A stretch of DNA of 64,000 nucleotides from Candidatus Marinacidobacterales bacterium (GCA_965219415.1 OZ244742.1:192001-256000); one strand, 5' to 3'; shown: positions 20,092 through 30,692, counted from the first letter of the stretch. Notes: a model not told the origin generated them from the sequence alone. Numbers and translations: made by a program.

Positions 20092-20776
20092 CGAGCAAGG
20101 CCCGAATGAGCTTCATGTCCTCCCAGCAGTCCCTCTTCTTTGAAGGATCGCGGAGGAGATACGCCGGATGGTAGGTCGGCACGAGCGTCGCGTCGCCAAA
20201 CGAAAAAACCTGGCCCCGAACCCGCCCCAAAGCCTTTTCGGTAGAGAGCATGGCTTGCGTCGCGACCCGGCCCAGCGTGCAGATGACTCGAGGCTTGATG
20301 GAGCTCACCTGTCGCTCCAGAAACGGCCGGCAAGCCGCAATTTCCTCGGGCTCGGGATCGCGGTTGCTGGGAGGGCGGCACTTCACGATGTTAGCAATGT
20401 AGACGTCCTCACGCGTCAGCTGGATGGCTTCGATGATCTTGGTCAGCAACTGCCCGGCCGGCCCCACAAAGGGAATACCTTTTCGATCTTCTTCATAGCC
20501 CGGGCCCTCGCCGATGAACATGAGGTCGGCATTCGCGTTCCCAACACCGAAGACCAAGCTTTGGCGTCCCTCGTGTAGCTTGCAGCGCGTGCAATCGCCG
20601 AGATCCTCACGAATAGATTCCAGAGTCTCCCCGGATGACGAGACGTCGAGTCCCTCCGGGGTTTCGGAGACCGAGGCGGGCCGCAAACCGATGGTGGTAA
20701 TCGAGGAGTAGTAGCGAAGGCGCTCGAGTAGCTGCTCAGCGAACTCTTGCTTGAGTTTGTCGTTACCCGCGCTCAC
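20078..20776 (-). CDS. Uracil-DNA glycosylase family 4
   Basis: CTRCKLH, GEGPG, FVGPAG, KCRPPSNR, TYHPAYLLR; start trimmed to GTG 20776. Confidence 0.93.
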   Translation of the reverse strand: MSAGNDKLKQEFAEQLLERLRYYSSITTIGLRPASVSETPEGLDVSSSGETLESIREDLGDCTRCKLHEGRQSLVFGVGNANADLMFIGEGPGYEEDRKGIPFVGPAGQLLTKIIEAIQLTREDVYIANIVKCRPPSNRDPEPEEIAACRPFLERQVSSIKPRVICTLGRVATQAMLSTEKALGRVRGQVFSFGDATLVPTYHPAYLLRDPSKKRDCWEDMKLIRALLDEQR

Positions 20777-21977
20777 GAATCCCCTCGATGCGGTCGAGAA
20801 TTCGCTCCGCGACCTCCCTCTTGCTAAGAAGCGGCAACGCCTCATCGGCACCCTGCTTCGCGAGAAGAATCACTTGGTTGGTGTCGCTCCCGAAGCCGGA
20901 GCCGTTTCGCGTGACATCGTTGGCCACCACGAGGTCGAGCTTCTTTTTCGCTAGCTTTTCTCGGGCACGAGCCGCTAGGTCTTCTGTTTCTGCGGCGAAA
21001 CCTACTATAGTCTGCCCGGAAGACCGGCGACGGCTGATCTCCATGAGTATGTCGTCCGTGCGGATCAGCTTCAGCGTCCGCGGTCCCGGCTTCTTCTTGA
21101 TCTTGGACTTCTCTTCCGTCTCTGGCCGGTAGTCGGCAACCGCGGCCGCCATGATCACGACCGATGCTTCGTCGAGCTTCGAAAGCATCGCCTCTTTCAT
21201 CTCGTCCGCCGTCTCCACCCGCACGACGTTGACACCGGGTGGATCGGGCAGCGCGGTTGGACCGCTCACCAGCACTACACGAGCGCCGCGGTCGCGGGCC
21301 GCCTCGGCCACCCGGTAGCCCATCTTGCCGCTAGAATGGTTCGTGAGTACCCGCACCGGATCGATGGGCTCGGCGGTAGGACCGGCGCTCACCAGCACCG
21401 TTTGCCCGGCTAGACTAGACTTTTTTTTTGATCGACTGGAAAGCTCGACTTTCACTCGCGCTACGATTTCCTCCGGCTCGGCAAGCCTTCCCTTCCCGAG
21501 CCACCCGCAGGCCAGCCATCCTTCTCCCGGCTCGATGAAATCGACGCCTCTTTCGCGCAAAGTCGCTATGTTGGCCTGCACCGCGGGATGGGACAGCATC
21601 TGTGTGTTCATCGCCGGCGCGATCATCACCGGAGCTCGGTTGGCCAGAGCGAAGGTGCTCAGAAAGTCGTCGGCGATTCCGTAGGCCAGCTTCGCCAAGA
21701 TGTTGGCGGTTGCAGGAGCGATCAGGAGCAATTCGCACTCTTCGGTGAGCGAGATGTGACGAACTCCTTCCTCCCGTTCCTGCCCAAAGAGCTCGCAGAT
21801 CACCGGCTCTTCCGAAAGGGTCTCCAACGTAAGCGCCGTGATGAACTCCCGAGCGCTCGCGGTCATGATCACCTGCACCGCTAGGCCGTCCTTCTTCAAA
21901 CCCCGGACAATCTCCGCGGCCTTGTAGGCGCCGATGCAGCCGGTGACCCCGAGGACGATCTTCTTGTTGGCGCTCAT
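20763..21977 (-). CDS. coaBC: Phosphopantothenoylcysteine decarboxylase/ligase
   Basis: GVTGCIGAYKA, APATAN, PAMNTQM, NHSSGKMG, AAVADY, GFAAET. Confidence 0.97.
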   Translation of the reverse strand: MSANKKIVLGVTGCIGAYKAAEIVRGLKKDGLAVQVIMTASAREFITALTLETLSEEPVICELFGQEREEGVRHISLTEECELLLIAPATANILAKLAYGIADDFLSTFALANRAPVMIAPAMNTQMLSHPAVQANIATLRERGVDFIEPGEGWLACGWLGKGRLAEPEEIVARVKVELSSRSKKKSSLAGQTVLVSAGPTAEPIDPVRVLTNHSSGKMGYRVAEAARDRGARVVLVSGPTALPDPPGVNVVRVETADEMKEAMLSKLDEASVVIMAAAVADYRPETEEKSKIKKKPGPRTLKLIRTDDILMEISRRRSSGQTIVGFAAETEDLAARAREKLAKKKLDLVVANDVTRNGSGFGSDTNQVILLAKQGADEALPLLSKREVAERILDRIEGIRERG

Positions 21978-22591
21978 TCAAAAGTATCCAGGATGGAACG
22001 AACGATCGGCTCCATCCGCTGGCGCCGTGCCCTCTCCGCCAGAACGATTGACTTGAGGAGTCCGCCGCAACGCTCGATCTCGTCGTTGACTACAGCATAG
22101 TCATAATTCTGGTACAGCGAAACCTCCCGCCGAGCCACCGTCAACCTCCTCTCGATGTCAGCCCCCTCGTTCTGCCGGCGGTCCCTCAGCCGTTGTTCGA
22201 GGGCATCGAATGACGGTGGAAGTATGAAGATGAGCACCGCGTCGGGCATGTCTTGCTTGACCTGCGCCGCGCCCTGGACATCGATATCCAGGACGACGTC
22301 TACACCTCGGCCAAGCGCGGCTTCCGTCGTGGCACGCCCTGTGCCGTAGAGCTTTCCGTGGACCTCCGCCCATTCGAGCAAGTCGTTTCCTTCGATTCTC
22401 GACCGGAACTCTTTCTCCAAGACGAAGTGGTAATCCACACCGTCTTTTTCCGACTGACGGGGGGAACGAGTCGTGTAGGAGATGGAAAACTCGACGCCCT
22501 TCACATCCGCGACGAGCTGGCGCACTAAAGTGGTCTTTCCCGACCCGGAGGGGGCGGAGATAACCAAGAGACTGCCCCGTCGTTCGCTCAC
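21974..22591 (-). CDS. gmk: Guanylate kinase
   Basis: SAPSGSGKTT, SYTTRSPR, DGVDYHF, LDIDVQGA; GTG 22591 overlaps the yicC stop. Confidence 0.96.
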   Translation of the reverse strand: MSERRGSLLVISAPSGSGKTTLVRQLVADVKGVEFSISYTTRSPRQSEKDGVDYHFVLEKEFRSRIEGNDLLEWAEVHGKLYGTGRATTEAALGRGVDVVLDIDVQGAAQVKQDMPDAVLIFILPPSFDALEQRLRDRRQNEGADIERRLTVARREVSLYQNYDYAVVNDEIERCGGLLKSIVLAERARRQRMEPIVRSILDTFE

Positions 22592-23466
22592 TCGATATTT
22601 TGAACCTGTTCTCTGATGCGTTCCAGCTCGGATTTGATCGCGATCACCTTCTCGGTGACGACGGCATCCTTGCATTTCGAGCCGATGGTATTCACTTCCC
22701 GATTCATCTCTTGGATGATGAAATCGAGCTTTTTCCCGCATGGCCGTTCGGCGCCCATGGCCTCCCGCCATAGGGTGACGTGGCTACGGAAGCGGGTGAG
22801 CTCTTCGGTGATATCGCTTCGCTCGACCAACCGGGCAACTTCGATTGCCAAGGCCGATGGCTCGATTCCGGTCCCGTCGAGCTCTTTGATGCGATCCAGA
22901 ATCTCTTGCCGCCTTTTCTCTTTGCTAGCAGCAGAAAGGCCTTCGATGGCGTCGATGTGCTCGGCGATGGTCTGAACGCGCCGATCGAAGTCCGAGGCGA
23001 GCTCTTGCCCCTCGGTTCGGCTCATCCGATCGTACTCATCGAGCGCTTTTTCCAGAGCAGGCTCCAAAGCGTTCCATGCCCCCTCACCGCCCGACAAGTC
23101 ACGTTCCTTGACGTTGAACCCGGGATGAAAGCCCACCAGATCGGACAGCGTCAGCTCGCCGCCGACGCCCAGTTCCTGCCCCAGATTCCGCGCCACTCTA
23201 ACGAAATCTTCGATAAGCGGTCGGTCGAGCTCCAGTTGGTGAGTGCTGTCTTCCTTCGGCGTCAATCGCACCGAGACGTCCACCTTCCCGCGTTTGACGC
23301 GAGAAGACACCTCGTTGCGAATCTTGGTCTCCAAGTGGGCTAGGCTCCCGGGGACGTGGACACGAACATCTTGGTAACGATGATTCACCGAGCGCAACTC
23401 GATCTCGGCGACGTACGAGTCGTTCTCCGACTGCCCCCGGGCGAATCCGGTCATGCTGCGGATCAA
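22588..23466 (-). CDS. yicC: YicC/YloC family endoribonuclease
   Basis: IRSMTGF, RSVNHRY, GKKLDFIIQEMNREVNTIGSK, IREQVQNIE. Confidence 0.95.
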   Translation of the reverse strand: MIRSMTGFARGQSENDSYVAEIELRSVNHRYQDVRVHVPGSLAHLETKIRNEVSSRVKRGKVDVSVRLTPKEDSTHQLELDRPLIEDFVRVARNLGQELGVGGELTLSDLVGFHPGFNVKERDLSGGEGAWNALEPALEKALDEYDRMSRTEGQELASDFDRRVQTIAEHIDAIEGLSAASKEKRRQEILDRIKELDGTGIEPSALAIEVARLVERSDITEELTRFRSHVTLWREAMGAERPCGKKLDFIIQEMNREVNTIGSKCKDAVVTEKVIAIKSELERIREQVQNIE

Positions 23467-25262
23467 CGTACAACCTCTCCTTTACGCGGCGAAGAAACCT
23501 TCTCGCCGTTGTTCGGCGGAACATCCAGAATGACGGGATCGCCTCCAGCGAACTGGAGCTGATAGAGTCGCCGGTACACGCTGTCGGCGCGACGCAGTAG
23601 CTCATCGTGCGTCCCGGTTTCTCTTACCGTTCCTCCCTCAATGATCACGATCCGATCGGCGCGTCTTATCGTCGACAAGCGATGGGCAATGACCACGGTG
23701 GTGCGGTTGGCCATCAGGTTCTCGATCGCTTGCTGAACCAACGCCTCCGATTCAGCATCCAACGAGCTCGTTGCTTCGTCCAGTATGAGCAAGGGTGGGT
23801 TCTTCAGGATCGCACGGGCGATCGATAGCCGCTGACGCTGCCCGCCCGACAATTTCTGGCCGCGCTCCCCGACCATACTGTCGAAGCCGTTGGGAAGCTC
23901 CTCGATGAAGCCGAGCGCCCGTGCCGCCCGCGCCGCTTCCTCGATCGCTTCCATAGACGTCGACTCGACTCCGTACGCGATATTGTTACGCACGGTGTCG
24001 TTGAAGAGGATGGTCTCCTGAAGGACCAAGCCGATCTGTCCGCGCAACGAGGAAAGCGTGGCCTCTCGAATGTCGATACCATCCCAGAAGATCGCCCCCT
24101 CTTCGGGATCGAAGAAACGGGGTATCAGATTGGCGAGCGTCGTCTTTCCCGCACCGCTCGTCCCGACCAAGGCAATGACCTGGCCGGCATTGATCTGCAG
24201 GTCTATGTTGCTAAGGACTTGTTCGACGCCGTCACCGTAGGTGAAGTCGACTCCCCTGAACTCGATTTTCTTCTGAAGAGTGGGAAGCTCCACCGCACCG
24301 GGTACTTCCTCGACCTCCATATGAGTATCGAGGACGGAAAAGACACGCTCCGCTGCGGCGAGAGACTGCTGAAAAGTGGCGTTTACGCGGGATAGCTTCT
24401 TGATCGGCCCGTACATTAGGAAGAGGGCCGCTACGAACGAAGTGAACTCGCCCGGTGTCAGCTGGCCGAGCGATATCATCGCGCTCCCGTACCAAATGGC
24501 GCCAGCGACGGCGACGCCGCCTACCAACTCCATGAGCGGCGGGAGGAGAGACACGATTTCCGTGATGCGCATGTTCGTCTTGAAGAGGCGCTCGCTCGCT
24601 CGAGCGAATCGTTTCGACTCGAACTCTTCCATCCGAAACGCCTTGACGATGCGGCTTCCGGATATCGTTTCTTGCAAGATGTTCGAGATGTCGCGCCAAC
24701 GTAGGAGCCCGGCGTCGCTGGTCTTTCGCAGCCGGCGGCCGAGCCGAACGAGGGGGTATACCACCACCGGCACTCCTAGGAGAGACAAGGCGGCAAGACG
24801 CCAATCGTAATAGAACAAAAGCGCGGCGTATCCCAGAACAGCGAAGCCCTGCATCATCAAATCACCAACCGCTTGAGAGACCGACTGCTGAATCTTCTCG
24901 ACGTCGGTGGTGATGTGACTCATGAGCGTCCCGGTGGACTTCGAAGAGAAAAAATCCACCGATTGGCGGAGCATGTGCCGGTAAAGGCCGTTCCTCAGAT
25001 CCATCACCGTGCGCTGGCCGACGTAGCTCATCAGGTACGTCGAGAAGTACGAGAACAACCCCTTCGCGACATACAGCACGATGATCGTCAAAGCCACCCG
25101 TTCGAGATTCACCTGTTGAATCAAAACGTCGTCGAAGATGGGCTTGATGAGGTAGGCCAGGCCGGCCGAGGAAATGGCGAACCCGATCATCGCCACGCAG
25201 GCGAGAAGGAATCGGCCCCTATAGGGTCGCGCCTGCCGTAGCAAACGCCGAAGCTCGCTCAT
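23463..25262 (-). CDS. msbA: MsbA-like ABC exporter (fused TMD+NBD)
   Basis: 6-TM domain, GTSGAGKT, LSGGQRQR, LILDEATSSLD. Confidence 0.85.
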   Translation of the reverse strand: MSELRRLLRQARPYRGRFLLACVAMIGFAISSAGLAYLIKPIFDDVLIQQVNLERVALTIIVLYVAKGLFSYFSTYLMSYVGQRTVMDLRNGLYRHMLRQSVDFFSSKSTGTLMSHITTDVEKIQQSVSQAVGDLMMQGFAVLGYAALLFYYDWRLAALSLLGVPVVVYPLVRLGRRLRKTSDAGLLRWRDISNILQETISGSRIVKAFRMEEFESKRFARASERLFKTNMRITEIVSLLPPLMELVGGVAVAGAIWYGSAMISLGQLTPGEFTSFVAALFLMYGPIKKLSRVNATFQQSLAAAERVFSVLDTHMEVEEVPGAVELPTLQKKIEFRGVDFTYGDGVEQVLSNIDLQINAGQVIALVGTSGAGKTTLANLIPRFFDPEEGAIFWDGIDIREATLSSLRGQIGLVLQETILFNDTVRNNIAYGVESTSMEAIEEAARAARALGFIEELPNGFDSMVGERGQKLSGGQRQRLSIARAILKNPPLLILDEATSSLDAESEALVQQAIENLMANRTTVVIAHRLSTIRRADRIVIIEGGTVRETGTHDELLRRADSVYRRLYQLQFAGGDPVILDVPPNNGEKVSSPRKGEVVR

Positions 25263-25359
25263 CGATGCAACTCACTCAGATGGAACATTTTATCAGAGTA
25301 TTGGCTCGGAGTCTTCTATTACCCTCCCCGGGGCAGGCGGCGGGTCTCCACGGAGGAAT

Positions 25360-26064
25360 CTAATCTACCACACGGTACTTCAGAAGCACCCAGAGCGCCT
25401 CGAGACCGTCCTTCCATGAGATCTTCTTTCCTTCCTCGTAGCCCCGGCCTTCATAGGTAATGGGCACCTCGTAAACACGGCAACCCATTTTGAAGAGCTT
25501 GGCGGTGATCTCGGGCTCGATGCCGAATCGATCCGACCGGAGCGTCATCTGACGGACCTTCTCGGCTCGGATAGCCTTAAAACAGGTCTCCATGTCGGTG
25601 AGGATCGTATTGTAGAGAACATTGGTCACCAAGGTCAGGAAGCGGTTTCCCATGTAGTGCACAAAGAGAAAAGCCCGATGTCGGCCGAGGAACCGCGAAC
25701 CGTATACAGCGTCGGCCTTGCCTCGAACGATGAGGTCGATGAGCTCCGGATACTCCTCCGGGGAGTATTCCAAGTCGGCATCCTGGACGACGAAGATGTC
25801 TCCGGACGCTTCCGCAAATCCTTTCCTGACCGCCGCGCCCTTCCCCTGATTTTTTTCTTGCAGAATCAACTTGAAGTCTCGCTCGCCGGCGAGCTTCGTC
25901 AGGACGTCGCGGGACCCATCGGTGGAGCCGTCGTCGATCACGAGGAGCTCGACCCGAAGGGGCACCGCAAGTACCCGCATGATGATTTCCTCAATGGTCG
26001 CCGTCTCGTTGTACACCGGCATGATCACCGAGAGGAGCGGGTCCACGAGAGGAGTGGCCTTCAC
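25360..26064 (-). CDS. GT2 glycosyltransferase (DPM/DPG synthase-like)
   Basis: LSVIMPVYNE, DDGSTDGS, QDADLEY, LTDMETC; start GTG 26064. Confidence 0.9.
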   Translation of the reverse strand: MKATPLVDPLLSVIMPVYNETATIEEIIMRVLAVPLRVELLVIDDGSTDGSRDVLTKLAGERDFKLILQEKNQGKGAAVRKGFAEASGDIFVVQDADLEYSPEEYPELIDLIVRGKADAVYGSRFLGRHRAFLFVHYMGNRFLTLVTNVLYNTILTDMETCFKAIRAEKVRQMTLRSDRFGIEPEITAKLFKMGCRVYEVPITYEGRGYEEGKKISWKDGLEALWVLLKYRVVD

Positions 26065-27065
26065 GCGTCGCCGTAACCTTGGGGATGATTCTGTTTGAAT
26101 TTCCAGGCGGTCTCGACGATCGCATCGAGCGACGCCAAGCTCGGCTTCCAACCCAGCTCCCGCTGGATCCTGTCGCTCGCCGCCACCAGTCGAGGTGGAT
26201 CTCCAGCGCGGCGCTCGGTGCGCACGGTGGCAACATCCTTACCGCTCACCCGTTCGACCGTATCCACCACCTCCAACACCGAGTATCCCTTTCCGGTCCC
26301 GAGATTGTAACTCGTGGAAGCGGCGCCCTTCCGGAGTGCGTCGACCGCCATGATGTGCGCCGCAGCGAGGTCGACGACGTGAACATAGTCGCGAATACAC
26401 GTCCCGTCGGGAGTCTCGTAGTCGTCTCCAAAGATAGCGAGCGAGGCCCGGAGTCCCATCGCCGCCTCGCATGCCAGCGGAATGAGGTGCGTCTCCGGAC
26501 GATGGTCTTCGCCGAGATCGCCATCCGGATGGGCGCCGGCGGCGTTGAAGTAGCGGAGGTTCACGTGCCGCGTTCCGTAGGCGACCTCGAAGTCGGCTAG
26601 TGCTTCCTCGAAGTCACGCTTGGTGCGACCATAGGGACTCATCGGTCGTTGGGGGTGTGTCTCAGGAATGGGAACGACCTCCGGCTCGCCGTAGATGGCA
26701 CAGGTAGACGAAAAAATCACCGCGGGAACTTGATTTCGCGCCACCGCTTCGAGTAGCTCGATGCCTCCGCCCAAGTTATTCTTGTAATACTTCCCGGGCT
26801 CGCGAACCGACTCTCCGACGTAAGCCCTTCCCGCGAAATGAAGCACGACATCGATCTCTTCGCTCTTGAAGATACTGTCGAGCCCCTCTCGCGACTGAGC
26901 CGGCTCGGAAAGATCGGCCGTGACCAACTCGACGCCCTCGACGGCTTCTCGATGTCCTTCACTCAGGTCGTCGAGAACCACAACACGCTCGCCTCGACGA
27001 ACTAGCTCCCGCACGGTATGCGAGCCGACGAAACCGGCTCCACCGGTGACCAAGATGGCGGGCAT
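26061..27065 (-). CDS. galE: UDP-glucose 4-epimerase
   Basis: GGAGFVGS, VGESV, YGRTK, LRYFNAAGA, DGTCIRDYVHV. Confidence 0.95.
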   Translation of the reverse strand: MPAILVTGGAGFVGSHTVRELVRRGERVVVLDDLSEGHREAVEGVELVTADLSEPAQSREGLDSIFKSEEIDVVLHFAGRAYVGESVREPGKYYKNNLGGGIELLEAVARNQVPAVIFSSTCAIYGEPEVVPIPETHPQRPMSPYGRTKRDFEEALADFEVAYGTRHVNLRYFNAAGAHPDGDLGEDHRPETHLIPLACEAAMGLRASLAIFGDDYETPDGTCIRDYVHVVDLAAAHIMAVDALRKGAASTSYNLGTGKGYSVLEVVDTVERVSGKDVATVRTERRAGDPPRLVAASDRIQRELGWKPSLASLDAIVETAWKFKQNHPQGYGDA

Positions 27066-27077
27066 CGATCGGCTGGC

Positions 27078-28391
27078 TCAGGCTCGTCGGCCGACGCCGA
27101 AGTAGGCAAATCCCAGCCTACTTAGCACTTCGGGGTTGTAAATGTTTCGGCCGTCGAATACGACCGGGCGCTTCATCACGGCGCGTAAGCGCTCGAAGTC
27201 AGGTTCACGAAATTCGTTCCACTCGGTGACCAAGATCAAGCCTTCGGCTCCTTCACAAGCGTCATAGCCCCTGCGGCAGTAGGTGATGCTTTTGTCCCAC
27301 TTGGAGAGTGCCTTCTTGGCTTCTTTCATAGCCTCGGGATCGAAGACCCGCAGGTGGGCTCCCCTCTTGGCTAACTCCTCGATCAGCACAATCGACGGAG
27401 CCTCTCGCATGTCATCGGTTCTCGGCTTGAAGGCGAGTCCCCAAACAGCCAGAGTCACCGACTTCAGCTCTCCGCCGAAAAGCTCCAGGATCTTGGGCAG
27501 CAAGAACCGTTTCTGCGTCTCGTTCACGTTCTCGGTGGCTCTCACAATCGCAAGATCGACGCCCTTGTCTTCGGCGGTATGGAGCAAGGCTCGTATGTCT
27601 TTGGGAAAACAGGATCCCCCGTAACCCACGCCTGGAAAGAGGAAGGCATGCCCGATTCGGCTGTCCGCTCCGATCGCTTTGCGAACCTGCGAGACATCCG
27701 CCTCCACCGTCTCGCAAAAACGCGCGATTTCGTTCATGAAGCTGATACGGCTCGCCAGCATGGCGTTCGCGGCGTACTTCGATATCTCGGCGCTGGCTGG
27801 ATCCATGATCAGGATCGGGTTCCCGGTTCTCACGAAAGGACGGTAGAGCTCGGTCATCAATTGCCCGACCTGCGCGTCGTCTGTCCCGATGACCACACGA
27901 TCGGGGCGCATGAAGTCCTCGATGGCGGCCCCTTCCTTCAAAAACTCCGGGTTGGAGGCGACTCCGAAGCGTTGGGAGGTGCAATCGGCGATGGTATCTC
28001 TGACCCTTTGGTGCGTTCCCACCGGGACGGTGCTCTTGAGGACCACGACCTTATACCCGTTCATAGCCCGGCCGATCGATTCGGCGACACTCAGCACGTG
28101 GGTCATGTCCGCGGAGCCGTCCTCACCAGGTGGTGTACCGACAGCGACGAAGACGATCTCCGAGGCCTTTACCGCTTCCGGAAGGTTGGTAGTAAAAGAC
28201 AGCCGTTCTTCCTGGAGGTTTCTCTTGAGCAATTCCTCGAGTCCCGGCTCGTAGATCGGGCTTACCCCTTTTGAGAGTCGGCCTATCTTTTCTTCATCGA
28301 TATCCATACCGATGACGTCGTTGCCGTTTTCTGCCAAGCACGATGAAACGACCAGGCCCACATAGCCCGTACCCACGACACAGATTTTCAT
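27078..28391 (-). CDS. ugd: UDP-glucose 6-dehydrogenase
   Basis: GTGYVG, KSTVPVGT, NPEFLKEG, GYGGSCFPKD. Confidence 0.95.
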   Translation of the reverse strand: MKICVVGTGYVGLVVSSCLAENGNDVIGMDIDEEKIGRLSKGVSPIYEPGLEELLKRNLQEERLSFTTNLPEAVKASEIVFVAVGTPPGEDGSADMTHVLSVAESIGRAMNGYKVVVLKSTVPVGTHQRVRDTIADCTSQRFGVASNPEFLKEGAAIEDFMRPDRVVIGTDDAQVGQLMTELYRPFVRTGNPILIMDPASAEISKYAANAMLASRISFMNEIARFCETVEADVSQVRKAIGADSRIGHAFLFPGVGYGGSCFPKDIRALLHTAEDKGVDLAIVRATENVNETQKRFLLPKILELFGGELKSVTLAVWGLAFKPRTDDMREAPSIVLIEELAKRGAHLRVFDPEAMKEAKKALSKWDKSITYCRRGYDACEGAEGLILVTEWNEFREPDFERLRAVMKRPVVFDGRNIYNPEVLSRLGFAYFGVGRRA

Positions 28392-28516
28392 AAACTAGTC
28401 TGCTCCTTCTACCCGCAACTGCCGAATAGTCCTTTATTATAAGGGTAAAGCGGCCCGAGCCAACACCCTCCGTCACTATCAGCCGGGGCCGGGCGTGCTA
28501 TCATCCGCCACGGAGC

Positions 28517-29665
28517 ATGCCCGACCTCAACGTTGGAATCGACTACCGGCCGGCGCTATCTCGGCGCACCGGGGTCGGTCGTTACGTCGCCGGTTTAACC
28601 GAAGCCCTGAGCCGTATCGACTCTGAGAATCGCTACACGCTCTTCTCCAGCTCGCTGCGAGAACGCGCGCACGTCAACACGCTTCCACCCAACTTCGAGC
28701 TCGTCGATCGACGGATCCCTGTTTTCCTTCTGAACGCTCTGTGGCACCGCACCGGACAACCTTCCCTCGACTTTCTGACCGGTCGCTCGTTCAGCATTAC
28801 GCATTCACCCCATCCGCTTATTCTTCCATCAAGACGCGGTCGAACCGTCGTAACCATCCACGACATTTTCTTCTACCGGCATGCCGAGGCGACAGAGGCG
28901 GAGGTCCGCCGCGACTACGTCCCTCTGGTGAAAGCCCATGCCGCCCGTGCCGACGCCGTGCTCACCGGCTCCCGGACCACGAAGGACGACCTCGTCCGAG
29001 AGCTCGGGGTCGACGAGCGGAAGGTCGTGCTGACGCCCTACGGGGTCGACATCGAGAGCTTCCGGATGGGCCCCGACCATTCTGGCGACGAGGAGCGCAT
29101 CGGCGAGAGATACAAGCTACCTCCGCGCTACTTGCTTTCGGTCGCCGCATTGGAGCCGCGGAAAAATTTGACGCGGTTGGTGGAAGCCGTGGCCCACTTG
29201 GTGCGCCGAGGTTGGGACGGGACCCTCCTGCTCGCTGGCGGACCGGGGATGGCTGAACCAGCCGTCGACCGCGCCATCGACAGTCACGGGTTAAGCTCTC
29301 GGGTCGTGAAGTTGGGCTACATTCCGGCCGAACACTTACCTGTCCTCTACCGGCGAGCGCGCGCCCTAGCGAGCATCGCACTATGGGAGGGATTCGGTTT
29401 TACGGTTCTCGAAGCGATGGCTTGCGAGCTCCCGGTCGTAGCCTCCGATATTCCGACCCACCGCGAGGTGGCGGCGGAGGCGGCTACGTACGTCGACCCG
29501 ACCGATCCGGAAGCGATTGCTTCCGGCATCGAGCGCGTTTGGGACGACGACCCGGAGCGAGGACGACTCGTCGAAGCCGGATCGAAAAGAGTCACGTTGT
29601 TTTCCTGGGAAGAGACCGCCCGCAAAACCTTGGCCGTCTATGAACGGCTGGGCTCCAAGAGCTGA
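28517..29665 (+). CDS. GT4 glycosyltransferase
   Basis: TGVGRY, LEPRKN, EGFGFTVLEAMAC. Confidence 0.9.
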   Translation: MPDLNVGIDYRPALSRRTGVGRYVAGLTEALSRIDSENRYTLFSSSLRERAHVNTLPPNFELVDRRIPVFLLNALWHRTGQPSLDFLTGRSFSITHSPHPLILPSRRGRTVVTIHDIFFYRHAEATEAEVRRDYVPLVKAHAARADAVLTGSRTTKDDLVRELGVDERKVVLTPYGVDIESFRMGPDHSGDEERIGERYKLPPRYLLSVAALEPRKNLTRLVEAVAHLVRRGWDGTLLLAGGPGMAEPAVDRAIDSHGLSSRVVKLGYIPAEHLPVLYRRARALASIALWEGFGFTVLEAMACELPVVASDIPTHREVAAEAATYVDPTDPEAIASGIERVWDDDPERGRLVEAGSKRVTLFSWEETARKTLAVYERLGSKS

Positions 29666-30546
29666 TGGAACTGACCGTTCTCATCGTCAGCTACAACGCC
29701 AAGATCCACCTCAGGAACTGCCTCCAATCGCTTTATGAAGGGACGTCCCATCGGCCCCTAGAGGTCATTGTCGTGGACAACGCCTCAACCGACGGCAGTC
29801 TTTCCATGGTGTCTCGGGACTTCCCCGAGGTGGTTGCGATCGGGTCGCCGGACAATCTCGGTTTTGCCGGAGGAAACAACCTCGGCATGCGGGAAGCGAA
29901 GGGTGACTCCCTGTTGCTACTCAACAACGATGCGTTCGTTAAGCCGGGTGCGGTCGATTCCATGCTGCGCATCATGAAGGAGAGACCAGACGTCGGCGTA
30001 TTGGGCCCTCTCTTGAGAAACGAAGACGGCTCGGTGCAGATTTCTTACGGCGACATGATCAACTTTCGCGCCGAAGCGTACCAGAAACTGCTCTCCAGAC
30101 TCTACGAGGGTGGAAATCGTTTCTTCCGTAGTTACATAGAGAAAAGAAGCAAGAAGGAAGCTTCTCCGGACTGGGTAAGCGGTGCGTGTATGATGCTGAG
30201 GGCGGAGCTCCTCCAGAAGGTTGGACATTTCGACGACCGTTTCTTCATGTACTCCGAAGAGGTGGATTACTGTCAGAGGGTACGGCGCGCCGGGTATCGC
30301 GTTCTTTACACGCCGGAGGCGGAGGTCGTCCATCTGCGTGGAAAGTCGACGGAGGCGAACCGAGAAAAAGCCACCTTCGAGTACCGGCGCAGTCAGCTCT
30401 ACTTCTACAAGAAGCACTATGGCCGCGGGAAGGTTCGATTCTTGAAGGTGTACCTCCTTCTCAAGATCGCGACCAAATGGATCCTCGGTAGCCGTTCCCA
30501 GCGACGCTTGCAACATATGCTGTTCGAACTCGTTTGGAACTTCTAG
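29665..30546 (+). CDS. GT2 glycosyltransferase (WbbL-like)
   Basis: VVDNASTDGS, NLGFAGGNN, LLNND, SGACMM, FFMYSEEVD. Confidence 0.9.
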   Translation: MELTVLIVSYNAKIHLRNCLQSLYEGTSHRPLEVIVVDNASTDGSLSMVSRDFPEVVAIGSPDNLGFAGGNNLGMREAKGDSLLLLNNDAFVKPGAVDSMLRIMKERPDVGVLGPLLRNEDGSVQISYGDMINFRAEAYQKLLSRLYEGGNRFFRSYIEKRSKKEASPDWVSGACMMLRAELLQKVGHFDDRFFMYSEEVDYCQRVRRAGYRVLYTPEAEVVHLRGKSTEANREKATFEYRRSQLYFYKKHYGRGKVRFLKVYLLLKIATKWILGSRSQRRLQHMLFELVWNF

Positions 30547-30597
30547 TTGACGGCAACAATGAAATCGATACTCGACTTTGCCGCAGCTATCCACGAG

Positions 30598-30654
30598 CCC
30601 CCTCACCCGCCCGCCTTCGGCGGACGACCTCTCCCCCGCGGTCTGGGGAGAGGT
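30598..30654. repeat. REP-like double-hairpin element
   Basis: cccctcaccc, ccgcc-ttc-ggcgg hairpin, then a perfect 10-bp IR acctctcccc..ggggagaggt (30627-30654). Confidence 0.6.
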
Positions 30655-30692
30655 AATACAGGTGGTACCAACTTCGTTGGTACAGCGTTCTA

